From contig CM007989.1 of assembly GCA_002189035.1 (NCBI GenBank), positions 6,944,001 to 7,008,000 on the forward strand: DNA of 64,000 bases, written 5' to 3'. Positions within the stretch are counted from its first letter, which is position 1. Each line of letters begins with the position of its first letter. This DNA comes from Utricularia gibba. Taxonomy: Eukaryota; Plantae; Magnoliophyta. A model generated the notes under the pieces. That model was not told the DNA's origin. It searched no databases and saw only the letters and a list, made by a program, of their open reading frames with translations. The translations under genes and the position numbers were made by a program. This document shows, piece by piece, positions 60,621 through 64,000 of the stretch.

Positions 60621-61056
60621 TTGGCCGGAGTTTGAAAATGTGGAGTGCTGTAGCTGTGTGAAATTAATCAACGGACAGCGATGCCCACCTAAATACAAGT
60701 AGATAGGTGACCACTTAATTAAATTGTTATTGCTTGGGGCATTGCCTTAGGTATTTTTTTAAAAAAATTGGTTAGATAATTTTTATGAAAATAAAAATAA
60801 ATAATCTTATTTTTTATAATATATTTATAAAAGAATATTGAATCTATTTCTGCTAATCGGGCTTGACGGCCATGGCGGCCCAATTGTGGCTAGAAAGAGC
60901 CCTACAAAGGCCCAGAAGCGGTTTTGAAACCGCTGTTTCTCTCCCTTGTTCTCTTTTTCTTCGTCACCACGAACGATCCTTCGCCGGTTCGCTTGAATCG
61001 AAGCTTTGTGCATAATAATCCTTGAACGGAGAAATTGCCGGATTCTCGTATTGGTT

Positions 61057-63209
61057 ATGGTGGTGGGCAAATGGATTGTGTCTAAAGGTGAGATATTGGA
61101 GGATGGTGCTAAATCCCTCAAGCTTCGTCTCAAAGAACGTTTCAGAGTCGCGGTGGTGGGTACCAACGTCGCCGGAGCTCCAGGGCCACCGATTTTGGTT
61201 ACTTGTCCTCCTCTTTCGACCGTTGGATCCATCGCTTTTCCGATTTCCGGCAACGCTCTCTAGCTTCCACATCGGCGTTTCACCGCAAAACAGGTCTGAC
61301 TCTGCTCTTGAATGTTCGTTGTGTAGGGTTGAATTTGTAGAAGGTTTTATTAAGTGAAAATGGTTCCTTTCTCTCTCTTTTTGTATTTAACGTAGTATTT
61401 ATTGATTCTAACTGCAGTTAGCAAGGATTTTGATGCTGAGGAGGAATCATCCTTGACAAGGAGGATCCAGGCGATTGCAGTTCCTGTGCTTGGAAATGTT
61501 TGTCATGTTTTTATGCATGGACTAAACCGAGTCCAGGTGAGGATAAAAAGTTACAGTTTTTGTGAAGCTCCATGTGTGAGCATTGACTCCATGATACTTT
61601 CTAGATATACGGGGCAGAAAAATTACAAGATGCAGTGTTACATAGGCCGAAAACCACTCCCCTCATTACGGTATAGTTTCAGCTAATCCGTTTGCTGACT
61701 CTCAATTATTAGCATATCAATGATATGATCCTGATTTTTTCATTTAAGGTGCTTGGTTTCTAGTGATGGTGAGGTGATGTACTGGTGTAGGTTAGTAATC
61801 ACGTTGCATCTTTGGATGATCCTCTGGTCATTGCTTCTTTGCTGCCTCCTAGCGTGATGCTGGATGCAAATGGCTTGAGGTGGACACTTTGTGCATCAGA
61901 TCGATGTTTCAAAAACCCGGTCACTTCTGCATTCTTCAAGTGTGTAAAAGTGATGCCTCTCTCTCGAGGGGACGGGATATATCAAAAGGTACCTTATTGT
62001 TTTTTTCATTTATTCCCTATGATATCTGTGTGAATGTATTGTGTTTGCAATGTTTTTCCTTGTAGTAACAATGACATTATAATGTTAACCCGCCCTGTTT
62101 TGATTCAGGGAATGGACTTGGCTATTTCAAAGCTAAATCGTGGTGGGTGGGTTCACATATTTCCTGAAGGAAGCCGTTCTCGTGATGGTGGAAAAACAAT
62201 GGGATCTGCAAAAAGAGGGGTCGGAAGGTATTGACCTCCTCATTCCTAACACCATCTGAACAATGTTTCCAGATTCTCATGTGACTGAAAAGATTTCATG
62301 TACATTGACCCTGGGGGAAAAAATTGTTTCTAGTTGCAATTGAATCCTGTGGCTTATGAAGTATTACTGTGTCAAATGCATCTCACTGTGTTGTTGTTGT
62401 TGGTATCTTCACTTGCCATTATTTAGAGTGGGTACAGAAGCAAAAGCTCAATCCCTTCCATTTGCAGGCTACTGTTGGATGCTGACACTCTACCCTTGTT
62501 GTGCCCTTTGTGCACACAGGAATGCAAGATGTCATGCCTCTCGGGCCAAGTTCCCTCGTATAGGAAAAACCGTACGTTCATGCGTTCGATCAACTTCAGC
62601 ATTTTTTTTCTTCTCGTTTCGTCTCCTGATGACTGAACCTCCGTTCTCTGATCTTGATCATGTCTGCAGATCACTATACTGGTTGGCGATCCAATCAAAT
62701 TCGATGACATAATAAGTGAGGAAGCAACAAGAAAGAATCTTTACGAGGCCGTTGCTGCTAGAATAGGTGATCATCTTCAAAAGCTAAAGCTCCAGGTGGA
62801 AGAATTAGCAAGAGAGCAAGCCAGAATACACTCCCCCAGCACCATCGACCGAGCTTCCGCCCTCTGGCAGACCGTAGACTGGGAATGTCTTGGGATTGAA
62901 AACCTCATAACTAGCCATGACAACCCTCCAATGCCTGACCCTGCGGTCGATCGCCAAACAACCCAACTCCACGGGCTCGAGAACATCCACAAGGGTCTGG
63001 GCGAAATCCCATCTGTTTCCAGATCCGCACACCCTGGTCTCTGGACAGAAGAGGTAGTGTTTGGAGCTAGAGGTTTATTCGATAGCTATGTGAAGTACAG
63101 GAACAGGAAGAAGATGTACCATCACGAGGAAGCTGTCAGCCCTCTGAAGGCGTGGAATCAGCTCTGGAAATCCATGTATGAAACAGAAGAACTTGGTCTA
63201 ACTTCATAA
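61057..63209 (+). CDS. TAZ: Tafazzin (phospholipid acyltransferase); 7 exons; three apparent -1 frameshifts (G3 61158-60, C3 62493-95, G3 62543-45)
   Basis: VSNHVASLDDP, LRWTLCASDRCF, WVHIFPEGSRSRDGG, VPFVHTGMQ, GDPI. Exon 1 is 1 nt short and exon 6 is 2 nt short of the phases needed by neighbouring exons. Confidence 0.92.
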
Positions 63210-64000
63210 ATTCTAACTCCTTTTTCCACCACTGATACGCATTTCTTGTTTTTTTTCAGAGTGAACTAATTAAAATGAGGTATAATGGTCGTTTGGTTAA
63301 TGGTTGGTTTTAACCTAGGGTTCTTTTGTTATTATTTATATGTGGATTAAAAAAAGATGAATTCATAGATTTTTAGTATGAAACTACTAAATTATATTTC
63401 ATTTTTGAATTAAAAAATTACTAATTAATTCATTTACTTTGATAGCAAAATATTCGTGCAATGATTCTATTTAATTTTTGAAGATTCTAATCTTTTGTCA
63501 ATGTGTAGTAAAATAAAAAATTCAAATTCTGTGATTAACTTCAAAAATTATTGAATTTCTTAATACTATATTTCATAAATTAAATATTTACTTTTTACTT
63601 TTTATTTACTCTAAAAATATATTTATATCATAACATTAAATTATATACTAATTTAATATTAAAATTTATAATATATATTTTATTTTATTAAAGTTTATAA
63701 TATAATTTTATGTTATCCATTTTTACAAATTTTATTTATATAATTTTAAAACGGATTCAATTCTATTCTACATAATATAAAGCACAAAACATTATGTGTG
63801 AAAACAAGAATTTGGTAAATTAGAAAGTATAAAAGTTGATACATATGCATGTTACTAAACCTACTTCTAACCCCCGGAACCGAAGGAAGGGGTGGAGTGT
63901 ACACGATACATGCAAGCCTCGTTTCACTGCGTTGTCATCCTCCATAAATACACAAGAAAATCAAAAGCTGCTCAGCAACGGCGTCTCCTGCAACTCCATC

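Noticed and set aside
49110-63209. REV3, RALF and tafazzin as true pseudogenes or programmed frameshifting
   Set aside because: All lesions are -1 in G/C runs with no other decay. Sequencing error is far more parsimonious until reads say otherwise.
63880-64000. GC-richer window end, possibly the 3' end of a minus-strand gene
   Set aside because: Too short to identify.
1-64000. rRNA, tRNA genes, CRISPR arrays, prokaryotic systems
   Set aside because: None seen. The DNA is eukaryotic, and the only tRNA-related sequence is the retrotransposon PBS.

Overview
This is a gene-dense stretch of a eudicot plant nuclear genome with short introns; the species cannot be determined from the sequence. In order it holds: the 3' end of a cyclophilin (CYP22/PPIH type); a small zone of gene debris (a calmodulin remnant split by a MITE, a 5'-truncated UBR7, a possible LINE RNase H remnant); a DOMON-cytochrome b561 gene whose exon 2 is interrupted by a young, full-length Ty1/copia retrotransposon and whose promoter carries a 1.18-kb solo LTR; PRMT3; OSCA/CSC1; EMC2; a prefoldin-4 pseudogene; a renalase-like FAD oxidoreductase; a WVD2-like TPX2 gene; an RTM2-like small HSP; a USP-domain kinase; CYP98A (C3'H); a 9-lipoxygenase; NASP; mitochondrial RPL25; REV3; a DYW PPR (MEF11/LOI1-like); a RALF peptide; and tafazzin. 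The most unusual object is the copia element (5757-11310). It has TG...TA LTR ends, an 18-nt primer-binding site matching tRNA-Trp (as I recall that tRNA) instead of the usual tRNA-iMet, and an intact gag-pol ORF that runs about 80 codons into the 3' LTR. Other points: three well-supported U12-type introns (one AT-AC) plus one candidate, and three GC-AG introns. Eight inferred single-base deficits in G/C homopolymers across five genes look like long-read consensus errors rather than real gene loss. Exon coordinates were read by eye, and homolog comparisons are from memory, not database searches.
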